Assembly: GCA_963806035.1 (NCBI GenBank) | Contig: CAWDWO010000007.1 | Location: 53,150 to 117,149 of the forward strand | Direction of reading: 5' to 3' | Length of the DNA stretch: 64,000 nucleotides | Source: Candidatus Krumholzibacteriota bacterium | GTDB taxonomy: Bacteria > Krumholzibacteriota > Krumholzibacteriia > JAJRXK01 | Part shown: positions 62,013 through 64,000 of the stretch, piece by piece | Position numbering within the stretch: the first letter of the stretch is position 1 | Layout: each line of letters starts with the position of its first letter | Notes under the pieces: generated by a model | What the model was told of the DNA's origin: nothing | What the model saw: only the letters and a program-made list of their open reading frames with translations | Databases searched by the model: none | Made by a program: the position numbers and the translations under genes

Positions 62013-62901
62013 ATGAATGACGCCCCCGGCTACACGCCGCCCAAAGTCTGGACATGGGACGCACCGAGCGGCGGCCAGTTCGAGAACATCAACCGGCCGA
62101 CCGCCGGCGCGCAGCATGACAAGGTGCTGCCGGTCGGCAAGCATCCGCTGCAGCTCTACTCGCTGGCGACGCCGAACGGCGTCAAGGTCACGATCATGCT
62201 CGAGGAGCTGCTGGCCGCCGGGCACCGTGGCGCCGAGTACGACGCCTGGGTCGTCAATATCCGCGAGGGCGACCAGTTCGGCAGCGGCTTCGTCGATATT
62301 AACCCGAACTCGAAGATCCCGGCGCTGGTCGACACCGGCATGGGCCGGCCGACGCGCGTCTTCGAGTCGGCGCCATCCTGCTCTACCTCGCCGACAAGTT
62401 CGGCGCCTTCGTTCCGCAGGATCCCTCGGACCGTGCGGAATGCCTGTCGTGGCTGTTCTGGCAGATGGGCGCCGCGCCCTATCTCGGCGGCGGCTTCGGG
62501 CATTTCTACGCCTATGCGCCCTTGAAGATGGAGTACCCGATCAACCGCTATACCATGGAAGTGAAGCGCCAGCTCGACGTGCTCGACCGCAACCTGGCCG
62601 AGCGGCGCTTCATGTGCGGCGATGCCTATTCCATCGCCGACATGGCGATCTGGCCATGGTACGGCGTGCTCACCACCGGCGCGCTCTACAGCGGCGAGGG
62701 CTTCAACGCCGCGGAGTTCCTGGACGCAGAGAGCTACAAGAACGTCGTTCGCTGGCGGCGGAGATGCGCGCACGCCCGGCCGTGCAGCGCGGCCGCATGG
62801 TCAACCGCATCTCCGGTCCGCCGGAGGAACAGCTGCGCGAGCGCCACGACGCAGGCGACTTCGAGACCCGGACGCAGGACAAGCTCGAGCCAGCGAGCTG
62901 A
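62013..62901 (+). CDS. yghU: Glutathione-dependent disulfide-bond oxidoreductase, two frameshifts
   Basis: YTPPKVWTW...NINRPTAGA..DK.LPVGKHPLQLYSLATPNGVKV; WLFWQMG.APYLGGGFGHFYAYAP; QLRERHDA.DF. Confidence 0.9.
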
Positions 62902-62957
62902 GACGGATCGGCCGCGCAGCGGCGGAGGCAGAGGCGGCGGCAGGGGCAGAGGCGGCA

Positions 62958-63735
62958 ATGGACCTTGGGGTCGGCGGCAGGACGGTCCTGGTCACCGGCG
63001 CATCGAAGGGCATCGGGCTCGCCACCGCGCAGGCCTTCGCCGCCGAGGGCGCCGACGTCGTCATCGTGGCGCGCGACGAGGACAGGCTGACCGAGGTCGC
63101 CGGGGCCACGGCAGCCGCGACGGGGCGGAGCGTCGTTCCGCTGGCGGCCGAACTGTCGCGCGACGCCGAGCGCGAGCGCCTGTTCGCCGCGCATGGCGAC
63201 ATCGACATCCTGGTCAACAACGCCGGCGCGATCCCCGCGGGCGACCTCGCCAACGTCTCGATGGAGGCCTGGCGCACGGCGTGGGAGCTCAAGGTCTTCG
63301 GCTATGTCCACCTCTGCAAGCTCTACGCGCCCATGATGCGGGCGCGCGGCGCGGGGACCATCGTCAACATCATCGGCATGGGCGGTCGCGCCGTCCGCCC
63401 GGGCTATATCTGCGGCGCCGCCGGCAACGCGGCGCTGATCGGGTTCACCAACGCGCTCGGCGCCGAGACGCCGGCGGACAACGTCCGCGTCTTCGGCATC
63501 AACCCGGCGCCGACGCTGACGGACCGGATCAGTACTGTACCGGACGCGCGCCCGCATCCGCTTCGGCGACGAGGAGCGCTGGGAGGAGCTGCTGGACCCG
63601 GCGCATCTGCCCTTCGGCCGGCTGAAGCAGGCCGACGAGGTCGCCGCGCTCGCCGTGATGCTGTGCGCGCCGCAGGTGCACTACCTCTCCGGCACGGTGA
63701 TCGACATGGACGGCGGCGCCCAGTGGGCGGACTGA
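62958..63735 (+). CDS. Short-chain dehydrogenase/reductase, frameshift near 63535
   Basis: VLVTGASKGIG, ILVNNAG, GTIVNI, YICG..GNA, then LPFGR....EVA...YLSGTVIDMDGG in a shifted frame. Confidence 0.9.
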
Positions 63736-63818
63736 TCCGGCGGGCGGGGCACCCGGCCCCGGCTTGACCCGCCGCGGGCGGCTGATGATTGTCGGTCCGG
63801 CGAGGGGGAGCGACGCCG

Positions 63819-64000
63819 GTGCCCGGGACCTATGACTTCATCATCGTCGGCGCCGGCTCGGCCGGGTGCGTGCTGGCGAACCGGCTGTCGGCGGACCCGA
63901 CGCGCCGCGTCCTCTTGCTCGAGGCCGGCGGCACCGACCGGCGCTTCTGGAACAGCCTGCCGATCGGCTACTATCGGCTTCAGGACCGGCCTGACTACGC
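63819..64000 (+). CDS. GMC-family FAD oxidoreductase, partial (runs off the window end)
   Basis: Translated by hand: GTG start, [22 protein letters not shown]...VLLLEAGG. Confidence 0.9.
   Translation, partial: MPGTYDFIIVGAGSAGCVLANRLSADPTRRVLLLEAGGTDRRFWNSLPIGYYRLQDRPDY

Noticed and set aside
50067..63735. Pseudogene cluster or programmed frameshifting
   Set aside because: Indels affect unrelated genes, several lie in homopolymers, and they cluster around the suspected junction; sequencing error is simpler.

Overview
The window holds two segments that appear to come from different organisms. Positions 1 to ~52,150 are nearly all minus-strand genes that look like a diderm FCB-superphylum bacterium; a Krumholzibacteriota/Latescibacterota-like lineage is my inference. 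This segment has housekeeping genes (ppdK, glyQS, recO, mgtE, ybeY, phoH, aspS, an RpoD-like sigma factor, a DegP/Q protease, an LpxH-like hydrolase) and many envelope genes, including proteins with T9SS/FlgD-type C-terminal domains (CTDs) and two PorV-family barrels. The best candidate for an undescribed system is a four-gene unit at 3399-16898. It encodes a 2850-aa Ig-repeat surface protein with a CTD, a PorV-like barrel fused to coiled-coil/TPR repeats, a membrane protein fusing an RsbW-type kinase, HAMP, PP2C phosphatase and a transposase-like HTH, and a STAS protein. The first three genes overlap by 4 nt, and the unit looks like a surface-to-cytoplasm partner-switching cascade. At ~52,150 the sequence switches in mid-gene to a more GC-rich, frameshift-ridden, Rhodobacterales-like alphaproteobacterial segment (EF-G-like, UbiK-family, YbjN, CsaA, TPR, NB-ARC/TPR, histidine kinase, MBL hydrolase, YghU, SDR, GMC oxidoreductase). 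This junction is most likely an assembly or read chimera. I found no rRNA, tRNA, CRISPR array or intact mobile element. All calls come from motif recognition by eye; no searches were run.
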